DNA of 64,000 nt. Source: Antedon mediterranea (Eukaryota; Animalia; Echinodermata). The first letter of the stretch is position 1; each line of letters opens with the position of its first letter. The stretch covers positions 26,260,912 through 26,324,911 of the forward strand of contig NC_092675.1 of assembly GCF_964355755.1 (NCBI RefSeq). The letters run 5' to 3'. A program made the translations under genes and the position numbers. The notes beneath the pieces were generated by a model. The model searched no databases. It was not told the origin of the DNA and saw nothing but the letters and a program-made list of their open reading frames with translations. Positions 52,901 through 64,000 of this stretch are shown piece by piece.

Positions 52901-55900
52901 GTACATTTTCTTTTTAAGAGGACCAATACAATTTCTTGAATCTTTTGTTATTAGATGATCATGCAAGAGTCGTGTTAAACAAAGTTGACGACGATCCTGA
53001 TTCGGATTACTACAATGCAAGCTATATCGATGTAAGTATAAAACAATTTAAATTAATTATTATAAAAATTAATTATTATCAAATTTGATTTTTGTTATTG
53101 CAAATTGATGTATTTTTTTTTAGCTTTATTTTCTTATAATTATGCCAAGAAAAATGAATAACATTTCTTGAATCTTGATTATTACTGTATAATATTTTAC
53201 AGGGTTATAACAACACGGAGCACTACATAGCGTGCCAAGGTGAGGAAATCTATACAAATATTAATTAGAAAACAGAAAGTTATCCTTATATATTTTAAAT
53301 ATTCTCTTACAATTGAAATTACAAAAATAAAAAAAGATAAATGATTTTTCCAACAGGTCCCAACAAAAATTCTCTTGGTGACTTCTGGAGAATGATCTGG
53401 CAGAAGGATATTAAAGTAATGGTTATGCTTACCAATATCTTTGAAGGAACTAAGGTAAATTGTGAGATTTTTAGCAAAGTGAAAAATTATCATTGAGTGG
53501 TTCCACATATTGTTCTTAACACTATGATTATACCAATTTGAATTATATTCATAAACCTCTAGGAAAAATGCAAGAAATACTGGCCCGATGAACAAGAAAA
53601 GTTTGTCTTCGACGACATCACGGTAACTGTTACTGATGAAGAAACAAGCGAGGACTACACAACTAGAACGATGATTGTGTGGCTCGTAAGTATTATTCAT
53701 ATTCATACTGAAAATGCAAAAAGTATGGAGAAGAATAAACGGTGAAACTCAAGTTTAATTCTCCTGATACTGGTATAAATATAACCATTTTCGATGTAGG
53801 AAGGACGTGAACAACGTACCATTAAGCAGTTTCATTTCACTCAATGGCCTGATAAAGGAGTACCAAAGTTTGCTTCAGGATTACTGCGTCTTATCCAGAA
53901 AGTGAAAAGTGTACGAGGAACTTCATTGACTCCTGCTTTAGTTCACTGCAGGTACGTTTAAGATAACGACAACGTGGTTTAAATATCATTGTGAACTAGG
54001 CCTACTGTAAGTATCTCGTAATCATCTTACAAAATCAATCTCAATGAGGTAGATATATATTCATTGTATTTATTATAAATTGTGTTATGCTGCTCGTGCC
54101 CATTTCTTTGTTTATCATGTACGTTATAGCGACTGAAAAGAAAATGGTTATTATAAGTATTCCTAAACTAGTGTTTAAAAAAAATTTGGAAGAGTAGTAG
54201 TGGGTTGGATGCGCATAATTTCGTTATATTAAGCATAACCGTCATGTTGCGTGAAGTTCAGTCATACTTTAGTACGTAAAATAAACTTGATAAAAAGGAT
54301 CAGATCAATACTAATATCATTAAACCTCAAAATAACGAATTATCAATCTGGCTTTGCTTTTCTTTACAGTGCTGGTGTTGGCAGAACAGGTACCTATATT
54401 GTCATTGACGCCATGTTGGATATGATAATGACTGAAGAAGCTGTCGATATTCTTCAATACATAAAAGATATTCGAGAAGCTCGCATTAGTATGGTTCAGA
54501 CTCCGGTAAGTTAAATATAAAAAAAACGCCTCTTACTTGTTTTACTTTTTGAATAACATAGGTCTAAGACCCAACCAATTCGTGGATATATCACAATGAT
54601 TTAGTCTTGTCATGAAGGGCAATTTCATATTCAACTATCTTACAATCAAGTTTTAAATTTAAATGGAAGTAGTGGGCCGATTTAAAAAAGGTTGACCTAG
54701 CTGGGTAAAGTTGTTGTGTTTATGTTATCAGAAGACATACATTACACATTCCTTATAATTCATTTTCAGGAGCAGTATGTGTTCATTTACAGCGCCTTGT
54801 GTGAGTTTTATCTCAATGGTGTTGTACAATTCCATGTCTCCGAATTTACAAGTCGAATGAAAAAGTTGAAGCGTGTAAATCCTAAAACAAAGAAAACTTT
54901 CATTGAAGAAGAATTTGACGTAATTACTGTTTTTATATATTTTATTATTGTATGAATAGTTGTTTAAATTTCATCACATGGTCGTTTCTAAAATGTATTA
55001 TTATTATAAAGTAGATAGATTGATCATTTAGATTAGAGAAAAATCAATCAAGAAGCAATTTTATTTCCCATTATTCATTCCTTGTATATGTTATTTTTAT
55101 CCGTTATCGATGAACATAATTTAAAGAAGTGCAAATACTCCAAATAATCTCTTTCACATAACCAATACAAAATTGTAATTATATTTTGAACAGTATACGT
55201 TGCAACACCCGAACAACGGAAATAAAACGGCTCACTCTAAAAAAAAAAGTGGGCCTGATATCATCTTTGTGTATTTAAATAAATAATCTTGCATGACAAT
55301 GTAACCATATTTACTACTGAATAAATAAGTTGTCTTTGATGTATGTACTAAACAGATGTTGGTTTCCGTAACACCACCGCCACCTCCAGAAGAAATGTTA
55401 AGTGGACGTCAAAAGCATACAATCAAGAAAAACCGATTTGGAAATGTGTTACCAGGTATGAAAATTGAGTACTCTGTTAGGAAAAAAACTTAAATTCACA
55501 TTTATTTACTCATTCGTTTTCACCTTTGAATTTACCGAAAACTATATTTGTCCACAATGATGTATTTAAATGGCATTCTCATCACTTTGTTCAAATGCTG
55601 AACCTTTCTAACGTGCTATTTCATACTTGATTCCAAATATTCACAACTGTATTGGATTGGTTATGTTTGACAATGTTTGAATAATGTATTAAATCCTTAT
55701 TTGATAGTCGATCGATCTAGAGTAATATTGAAAACAGAAAGCAACAATTACATCAATGCTTCATTCCTCAATGTAAGTTTTATTTACTATATCTTTATTG
55801 TCATTTTATTATTATGAACTTTGGTTATCAACATTTATTAGAGAAAAGAAAGTCATTGTACAAAATTTCAACATTTTATTGAATAATTATGTAAATAATT

Positions 55901-58900
55901 CAGACTATTTTTTTTAGTAATCAAATAGGAAGTAAAAAAAATACATATCATTATCATCAATATTAAACAATTATTAACCGTAACTTATCTTAAACCAAAT
56001 GTTTTATTAAAAATATAAAATTATAAAAGAATAAACATTAAAATTGACATCGGTTTTTATTTTGTTATTAACTTACAAACATAAAAAGTTCCGTTCCCTT
56101 AAAACGATTCAAATCCTAAATTCTGAAATTGATATAGTTTGTATAGGCCTAATTGTTTGATGAATAATGCAAAATTATGAATATTATAATTTTGTTATGA
56201 TTTTTTATAAATAATGAGTAATAAATTCGATAATAGTTAGAAGCTATACGTTTCATGTACTATAATAAAAATTGTATCAATCCATTCATTTTAATTCTAA
56301 ATTATATACAAAGGGGTACAGAGTAAGTGATAGATTCATTGCTACCCAGATGCCAATGAAGGATACAGTGGATGATTTCTGGCGACTTGTTTACGATTGG
56401 AAAACATCTACTATTGTCATGTTGGACTCCTTAGATAATTCAGATATGGTTGGTACAATACCCATTAAACATTACAAATTATAATCTTACACACTGACAC
56501 GTACTGACTGAAACTATCATTTAACTCTACTAAAACAACATAATTAGCTTAATCCCTAAACTAAAAGAGTCAACCAGTCAAAATGCATTTTAAAATATGG
56601 GTAAAAGTTTGAGACCGTTTGGGCATTGAGAAAATTCTAGTTTGTTAGCAGTTTCCATTTCATTTTCCTATCCAATAACGTATACAATACAAACTTTACT
56701 AAACCACACCTGGTTTTAGTAGATAATACACCAGATAAATCTGAAGTTTTTAAATATATTTATTTTATATTGTTTTATTCTATATTCCGTATATAATTTC
56801 AAACGCTTTTTTTAATTAGTTATTGATATATCGATGTATGTTGAATAATAAATAATATACCAGGTCAATTATAATTATTATTTAGACATGTGCACAGTAT
56901 TGGCTTGAGGAAGGCAGCACAAAGACTGTTGGTAATCTGAAAATACAATTTCATTCAGAAGAACGTAGAAGCCAAAATATTATCATCAGAAAAATGTCCA
57001 TATGTACAACTGACAGGGTAAAGAGTTAATATTTTTATATAATCCAATAAAATAAATAATCTATTTTTGTAGTATTAAAGATGTATTGTCCCCCAAAAAC
57101 ATTAAAAATGAAGATTAGTTAAATTGGACTTGGAATATGTTATTTTGTAGTTTTAATAAAGTTAATCACTTCCATAGAAAAAGAAAACAAAAAAATAATG
57201 TTTTCACTTGTAAAATGACAAAATAAATGGTTAAATTTAAGCAAAAATTCATTGGCTGGCAGCCAATTTGACCATTTTTTGCTTTTAAATTACATTTTTT
57301 ACAGGTAAATACTTTTTTTTTTGATCAAATTTTTTTATCGAAGTGGATAACTATTATGTTACATTAAAATGTAACAAAAATTTGTTTAAGAAATATTTTT
57401 TCAGGGGGACAATACATCTTTAATTAACATAGAGGAACATAGAGTTTAAAATAATTTAAGTAAGATCCCAGCTAAAAATAATATGAGGAATCATCATTGC
57501 TGGCGTGAAACATGCGGTATTGTTACGTAATAAATTGAACAGACTGAGGCAGTATTAGGTACGGTATGCTCTTGAAAATAAAACGTTATAGGCATATTGA
57601 TTGCAAACTTTCATGCTTATTTTGTATAGCACCATTGTCTTTAGTCTCGTCTGGACTGTAATAACTCGCTTCTGTACGGCCTACCAACTTCTTATCTGTC
57701 TCCTCTTCAACGAATCCAAAATTCCGCCGCAAGACTTATCACTGGCACTAAACGACATGAACATATTTCTCCTGTTTTACGTGACTTACACTGGTTGCCT
57801 GTTGATCAGCGCATTCGTTTTAAAATCCTGTTGCTGACATATAAGGCCATCAACGGATGTGCTCCAGCCTACATATGTGACATCATTACTCCGTCAACCA
57901 ACTCTTCGCTTCGTTCATCCAGCAGACTTCTTCTAAAACCTGGACCCCGTTCCAGAACTCGGTTTTACGGTGATCGTGCTTTCGCTGTCGCAGCCCCAAA
58001 ACTCTGGAACACTCTACCACTCGAAATACGCTCATCAAAATCTGTTTTTACATTTAAAACTAAACTCAAAACTCATCTTTTCAGAGAAGCATAATCGCAC
58101 GCTACTACTTGCACTGATCTTGGAAAACACAGCGCTTTGAAACCTTTGTCTCTTGCGCTTTATAAATGTTATTTATTATTATTATTATTTATTTAGAAAA
58201 TTCATATTGTAGGCTATATAGCTTCTTTTTCCCATTCCTTCAGAAATCTTCATCTTTCACTGTGACGCAATACCAAGTTACGGATTGGCCAGTTGACCAA
58301 GACACTCCCGAGCAGTTGGAAACATTGTTGCAGGTGTATGAAATGGTTCAGTCCTCGCACACCTCTGTTAGAAACAGAGCAAATCCTATTGTAGTTCATT
58401 GCATGTAAGTACAAGCAACGAAAATAGCCATTAAACGGTGTTTTATTATATTTACGGGACAGTTTGGGCCATTTGCAAATGTGGTCCACAGAATACAGTT
58501 ATTATGTTGACAGAATAGATTGCGTCAAAATAATTGATTATTTCATCAAAAAACTACATTCTGTTCAATCAATTTTCCCAATAAAATAATGTCATGTCCC
58601 TACTCGCGCCCCGTACATAGGCGCTCTGGCATACTATTTAAACAGTAATATGTATCAGCTGTAAATGAATAGCATAATAGCAACCACCTTGTCAAGCCCA
58701 AATTAATGGAAGAACGTTTTACTTACTTAGACTTAAAAGGTAATTATTTGAGTATTTTTACCATTAATAATAGAATAATTATAATCTAAATATTAAATGA
58801 TTTCTTGGAATTTTAACTGCACAGTATTTTTAAGAATCAAGTATTGAATTTGTATAGAAATGGTATTGGGCGAACTGGAGTTTATTGTACAATCACAGAA

Positions 58901-59209
58901 GCATTGGATAAAATGAAACAGGATGACGTCATCGATATTTTCCAATGCGTTAAACGGCTTCGTGGAAATCGGCCAGGATTGGTTACAAATGTGGTAAGTA
59001 AACGAACTAACAATGATTGATATATAACAATAATCAATAATAAGTGAATTTGCTTCCCCTAAAGTACCTAATACTGGCAAAACAGTTGTTTCCAGTCTAT
59101 AATATGAACGTCTTTCTTACAAAATGTTCTGTCATTGCAGGAACAATACGAAATGTGTTATGATCTAGTGGAGGCCTACCTTCACCGATTCGCAACGTAT
59201 TCAAACTGA
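40955..59209 (+). CDS. Gene 3: receptor-type protein tyrosine phosphatase with Tie-like ectodomain and tandem D1/D2 PTP domains (29 coding exons), paralog of gene 2
   Basis: Ectodomain exons: 40955-41003, 41463-41747, 42209-42457, 42814-42948, 43416-43565, 43811-43951, 44277-44405, 44755-45030, 45162-45470, 45794-45867, 46093-46327. TM 46695-46806; juxtamembrane 47263-47327, 52091-52281. D1: 52586-52673, 52955-53031, 53203-53239, 53357-53454, 53563-53685, 53800-53951, 54370-54505, 54770-54919. D2: 55356-55455, 55708-55772, 56314-56448, 56886-57017, 58244-58404, 58858-58993, 59141-59209. Same intron positions and phases as gene 2; KNRF, WPDKGVP and [10 protein letters not shown] are intact. 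Confidence 0.9.
48313..49197 (-). CDS. LTR-element accessory ORF with C-terminal RING/PHD-like zinc finger (247 aa open; about 294 codons if one TAA is read through)
   Basis: CQICQC..x..[10 protein letters not shown]..x..CLNC Cys/His spacing. The frame extends upstream to ATG 49197 ([10 protein letters not shown]...) through a single TAA at 49123-49125. Confidence 0.65.
49395..49485 (-). promoter_or_regulatory. Candidate internal promoter of the accessory ORF
   Basis: On the minus strand: CCAAT boxes (about 49484 and 49445), TATATATAAA (about 49432-49423) and TATAAATAA (about 49404), roughly 200-290 bp upstream of ATG 49197. Motif evidence only, in AT-rich DNA. Confidence 0.35.
50134..50553 (-). 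pseudogene. LTR-internal ORF remnant, possibly the C-terminal tail of a deleted pol
   Basis: 139-aa frame without an ATG start that stays largely open upstream across one [20 protein letters not shown]...KFWWN weakly resembles chromodomain-like integrase tails. Confidence 0.4.
51041..51246. repeat. Two about 103-bp tandem repeats in the 5' leader of the LTR element
   Basis: TCTTCCTCGATTATCTT...TTCAGCTTGTCTTTTG occurs twice (51041, 51144). Confidence 0.85.
57079..57419. mobile_element. Kolobok-like MITE
   Basis: Perfect TIR AGATGTATTGTCCCC / GGGGACAATACATCT, with TTAA on both sides. Confidence 0.8.
57610..58192 (+). mobile_element. 5'-truncated L2-clade LINE (ORF2 C-terminus and 3' tail)
   Basis: [39 protein letters not shown]...[17 protein letters not shown]...[10 protein letters not shown], followed by AGCGCTTTGA...GCGCTTTATAAAT(TAT)n. 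Confidence 0.9.
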
Positions 59210-59404
59210 TGACGTTACACTACCAAGTTCATATCTTACCGGTCTTTTTATATACACAATCATTGTTTTAATATATATATATTTAGGCAAATTGGATAAC
59301 CATAAGCGAATTCATTCACTATCTTTCTTAAAGGTGATAATCCCGTTCACAAGACAAACATATACACAAGATGGAGTGGAGTTGTAATTTTGTCCTTAGA
59401 AAAT

Positions 59405-59480
59405 ATCCTGACTTGACAGGACTTGAACCCAGGACTCTTGAATTGGTAGCCCATTATCATAACCACCAAGCCACAACTCC
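59405..59480 (-). mobile_element. tRNA-derived SINE head / tRNA-like relic
   Basis: Minus-strand A box TGGCTTGGTGG and B box GGTTCAAGTCC, with no convincing full cloverleaf. Confidence 0.5.
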
Positions 59481-60199
59481 AATAACTAATTACAAAAAAT
59501 CCTTCCTGTTTTAAATTACACCACTGCTACCGGATTTCATTTTCATTTGTTGTTATTATTATACATTAATTATGCAGCCATTTTACTCAGCTTTGCTCTC
59601 AGCAATATATTATTCAGTACAATATTATGCTTACATACAACATACTAATCGTATTATTTTTTTTTAGAGGCCTTTATAACATACCTGGTTGTATTCTTGG
59701 AATGTTATTGGTCAATCACGTGTCATTTGGAATTAACCCTAACTAATGAAAAAGTAATATAATGGTGATAATGAACGTGCAATGCACGTTCAGCTGCTTA
59801 TTGTAAACTTTGTCTATATAACTATTCTACTCCGCGTCTAGAGTTGAGAGACTTCCTTTTTTAATGGCCTAGCTCCCCGTCCTAGCATTCGTACAATGAT
59901 TTACGATAAATAAATTGAATGCGTAGGTGTGTTATAAAACAAATAATAAATATCCAACTCATAGGCCTAAACATTTATTATTTGTATAATATGTTATATT
60001 TGAAAACTAACCAGTTGTATATATTTATCTTCCTGTTTCTTTACTTCGGTAACAACATGAAACTTTTTGCCAATTTCCATTTAATTATAGTATATAATAG
60101 TAATATTACGTAGTATTGTAAATAATTATTATGATGCCTTAACGAAACAGTAACAAACCTCAAATTTCGAATCAGGTGTCAAGGAATATTTTGAGTAAT

Positions 60200-60445
60200 G
60201 AGAAAAATTTATGTTTATTCTTTCTTCATTATGTAATACCAGATGAAACATAGTCAACTACATAGTCAATACACGCAATTCGAATGATTATCTTTTACTT
60301 AAATATACAAATAATTTGATCAAGAACTCTATTAAATACCATGGAGCTAAATTATGGAATTCAATCCATGTAGATTTTAAAACTACAAGCGCATCTATAA
60401 CTTCAAATTTAAATTAGTATACAAGAACTATTTACTTTCTAGATA
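60200..60445 (+). mobile_element. Old CR1-group LINE 3' fragment
   Basis: Translates in part as KNSIKYHGAKLWNSIHVDFK, a typical ORF2 C-terminal G.KLWN motif. Confidence 0.5.
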
Positions 60446-62252
60446 TGATGAACGTTAAATATATATTTCATAAAACCAGTTAAGATCGGATAAATAGAAT
60501 GTGTAGCTTTGTTTTCTTTTGTATATTATTAGTTTATGTAGTTTTCTTTTTCGTATTTAATGTTATATCTTGGGGTGGGTCGAACTTAAAGTCTTTCTGA
60601 TTTATATGGCTCTCCTACCACATGACAGAATACTTTATATTGTATTTATATACAATGCTATGAATTAACAAACTAGTTTAACAATAGGTCATTGTATATT
60701 ATCATGTATGTTATATTGTGGAAATTAAATTTAAATTGAACGTCATCAGACATTATCATGACATTGTTAATTGTTACATAAACGTATTGAAAGCTTATGG
60801 TATGTTGGATCTGTATGTGCTACTAGTCTATGCATGTACTTGAAGTAATTCTTGATTTTAGTGTGTGTGTAATATGGAAATCAAATGTGAAATCTTATGT
60901 CTTAGTTTTTTCTCAAAACATTGCGATTGTTCAATTCTTCTCTTCCATCTTCATCGATGTTGTTCGCATTGGACTTGAATCAATTCTATTGTTTTTTTCT
61001 CCCTACCCATTCCTTTTTTTTTTGAAAAAATTGATAGACTGGTGTTTATTACTAGGCCTAATGCTAAACGAAGATTATACTTCTTCCTTTCTCAAAATGA
61101 TTCACTGCTAAACGTGATAATTCAGATGATTGGTAAAGAAGTTTTGATTTCTTTAAAACGACTTTATTCATTATATTTCATTTTTTGTCCCAAATTTGAT
61201 CACAATTCTTCATATTTTGATTGTGTGTTGCCTTTTATTCAAAAGGGTCACACAACCACGTAATTAAAAATAGGGATATAATTACATTATTAATAAATAA
61301 CTCATTAAGGAATGAATTTAAATAAATAGAAAGAACAAGGAGAGATGGAATCAAATAGAAACAAACACTGTTTCAGGAAGTATAACTTTTAAAAGGTATC
61401 TTTTGGTATTTGATTTACATCATGTTTATTTTATGTATTATGTATGAGCTAAAACATTACCTACTTCAAGTGATATACTACATTAATACAGGAACTACAT
61501 AAAACAATATAGATAATTGATGATAACGTAAGTACTTTTCAAAAATATATTAAAACAAGATAACATAGTAAATATAAAACATTTGTATATAGAAAGATAG
61601 TTAAACAAAAAGTGGACTACTTTAGATAGATGAGTATCGTCAAATATCACTTAACATTCATTCATTAACAGTACAACAATGCTTCTGAGTAGTAGTGTAA
61701 ACTTAGTATGCAAATTTTGGAAATGTAATCGTTTATGTTATTATGATCATATGTTGAACTTTTATCAATAGAATAATATGGTAAAAATGGGTTTAAGTAA
61801 ACTTATTTTTAACTTCTTTTAAAACTTTTTTACCTCAAGGACTCCAATGGAAAAAACATGAGTTATTGGTTTTCTTGGACGATCCTGATCGAAATCACGT
61901 TTTTATCACCCTTTTTTCATCTCTTTTATGATTTTTTTATGGCTTTTTAAATATTTTAAAAATATTTTAAACATTGATTTTATACGGTTTTAAATGTTTT
62001 AAAATATTCTTATAATTGTTTTATATGTTGTTTTTTATACTATTTTATTCATGAACCTTTTTACTTGTTTTATGTGATTTTGATTAAATAAATGAATGAA
62101 TGAATGAATGAAAGTAATAATTTCATGAATATAATGAACCAGATTAAGCAAAAGGGAACATTATACAGAAATTGAATTGTTATATGTCATATTCGTTACG
62201 ATTTACCGCACTGATACCTTTTATAATTGTATCAGAAGTAGGCCTGATGTTT

Positions 62253-62581
62253 CAAACTTTCAAAGTAATATTGAATGATTGATGTTTATCATTTGATTGT
62301 GTAACATACTGTTGTTGTATAAGTACCCTCCATCCACCTTTTTTCACATTACAGTTTCATGTACAACATCAGATAAAGGACGAGTTTTGTTTTGACATGA
62401 AGATAAAAAAAACAGCAATCCTAGCCTATTAAATAATACAAAGTGAAACTTTCAAATTATTATTGATTTGATTGATGTTTATCATTTGATTGTCAACATA
62501 CTGTTGTATAAGTACTTCCATCCTCTTTTATTCACATTATACTTCGACGTCGGGTAACGGACGATTTTTTAGTTGACATGA
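62253..62581. repeat. Diverged tandem duplication (about 140-bp homology, period about 190 bp) upstream of gene 4
   Basis: AAACTTTCAAA...GATTGATGTTTATCATTTGATTGT..AACATACTGTTG...TTGACATGA occurs twice. Confidence 0.75.
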
Positions 62582-63013
62582 CGCTAAGCTATGTAAGTAG
62601 ACTATTCTTAATCTTATCAAAATGAGGTTATGTTTCAGAAATTTTCTTAACAGGCCCACTAACCATAACCAAATAATTTGTGAATTCACATCAGTAGGTT
62701 TCTTCTCTGTGTTGTCTTCGATTGGTATAATTAAGCCAATTTTGATTACACAACCGAGTTAATGTACTTTCTTATATTCCGTTTTAGCATACGTACTTTT
62801 GGATAACGAACGTATTTTCTGTATCTTAACTTTTATAAAATGTCAGCATTACTTTTTACTTTAAACTTCCTCTTAAAAGGAGAAATAAGGAATAATATGC
62901 ATCGTTCAAAGTCAATTTTTAATCAAATGGTTAAATTAATAATGATGTGCAAAGTGAGGAAAGAAACACAGACAAATTATAATTCATCGCCTATTTCTTT
63001 TTAACAGAAAATC

Positions 63014-63785
63014 ATGATCGTTAGAATTGTAATTTTGATGCACGTTATATGTTCCTGTTTGGGTAGGTTATAATGTCAAATTAATTAACTTTTATGATTT
63101 TTTTCCCTATAAAATAAATAAATACATTGCTATAATCGCTTCAATACAATGTTTTTGTTCAGCTGAAATAAAAATAAACATTTAACTTCATGATTCCAAC
63201 ATGACGTAATAATAATACTATTTTTATTCTGTCATGTTATGTATATAATGTCTAATCCGAATGTAGACTATATAATTAGGTGTAAGTAGGTAAGTTAATT
63301 TTTTTTATTAATAATTATTTATATAGTCTAAAAAAATTATGATCGGATCGTCTAGAGGATGATGGTGATCACGTTAGCCATCAAATTATTTTTTTAAATA
63401 TAATTGGGCCAATTGTTTTCATTATTTTATTGCATTTGATATTGATCAGTACATATACAATTATTTTATTTATTATTATTATTTACTGTCTCAGGAACAA
63501 GTGGCTATATAACCGTTTTGAACTTATATCCGCAAAGCAATACTGACCACAAATACCAATGTTACACTCCTAAAGAATTCCCTGATGGTAGTAGCTTGAG
63601 TTTTGGTAGATCATTTGCAATAAGAAAAGATGAAGATTTGAAAGAAACGCAATGGAACGGAGTGCCGCGTGTGAAAAATAAATATGTTATAGATGATCCA
63701 CCGGTAGGCATGGGAGTATACTACTGCAAGGCAATTGAAAATAATATCATCACAATCGTTCAAACTACAAAAATAAGAAATGATG
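63014..63785 (+). CDS. Gene 4 (partial): first two coding exons of the next Tie-like paralog
   Basis: Signal exon 63014-63062 (MIVRIVILMHVICSCLG) and Ig1 exon 63495-63785 ([31 protein letters not shown]). The rest lies beyond the window. Confidence 0.85.
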
Positions 63786-64000
63786 GTAAGTCAATCCTTC
63801 AGTAACATTTAGTTCTGTAGACAGTACATTAGATAAGCAGTTCAAAATTGTTAGCATTAACATTGAATTGTATAGTTATATAATAATTGTAATAGTAATA
63901 CATATTATATAATGCTAAATTTAAACCCAATTGTTTTGTCTCCTAGCCCTAATTATTAATGACCATGGAAAAATGTGTAATTATTTTGAATTTAATAAAT

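Noticed and set aside
53197-53706. 169-aa minus-strand ORF
   Set aside because: Antisense shadow over PTP D1 exons and short introns, with no recognisable motif.
1-64000. Prokaryotic features (CRISPR array, operons) or a Tie kinase domain
   Set aside because: The sequence is spliceosomal-intron eukaryotic DNA. No repeat-spacer array was seen, and no kinase motifs (GxGxxG, HRD, DFG) were found in the exons.

Overview
AT-rich, intron-rich animal (eukaryotic) DNA, probably an invertebrate deuterostome such as an echinoderm (inferred from gene and repeat families, not proven). The window is part of a head-to-tail, + strand tandem array of single-pass receptor genes. They share a Tie1/Tie2-like ectodomain: signal peptide, Ig1, Cys-less Ig2, EGF x4 with the Tie signature [11 protein letters not shown], optional Ig3, FN3 x2 and a TM helix. 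None of the complete genes has a kinase domain. Two complete paralogs (about 17.0/18.9-38.3 kb and 41.0-59.2 kb, 29 coding exons each) end in tandem D1+D2 protein tyrosine phosphatase domains. One complete paralog (7.1-14.6 kb) ends in a short non-catalytic tyrosine-rich tail. The last exon of a probable second tail-type gene lies at the left edge, and a fifth paralog starts at the right edge. Ig1 is hypervariable between copies, while EGF exons look homogenised or mosaic. This suggests a diversifying paired-receptor (phosphatase vs Tyr-adaptor) recognition cluster. Introns carry many transposons. The most notable is a very young 4.6-kb LTR element with no recognisable gag/RT/integrase, carrying a RING-like ORF and inserted exactly into a splice donor; a related solo LTR lies nearby. 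There are also hAT, Kolobok, Tc1/mariner and Helentron-type non-autonomous elements, SINEs and LINE fragments. Exon models were built by hand from splice sites and reading-frame phase, with no transcript or database evidence.
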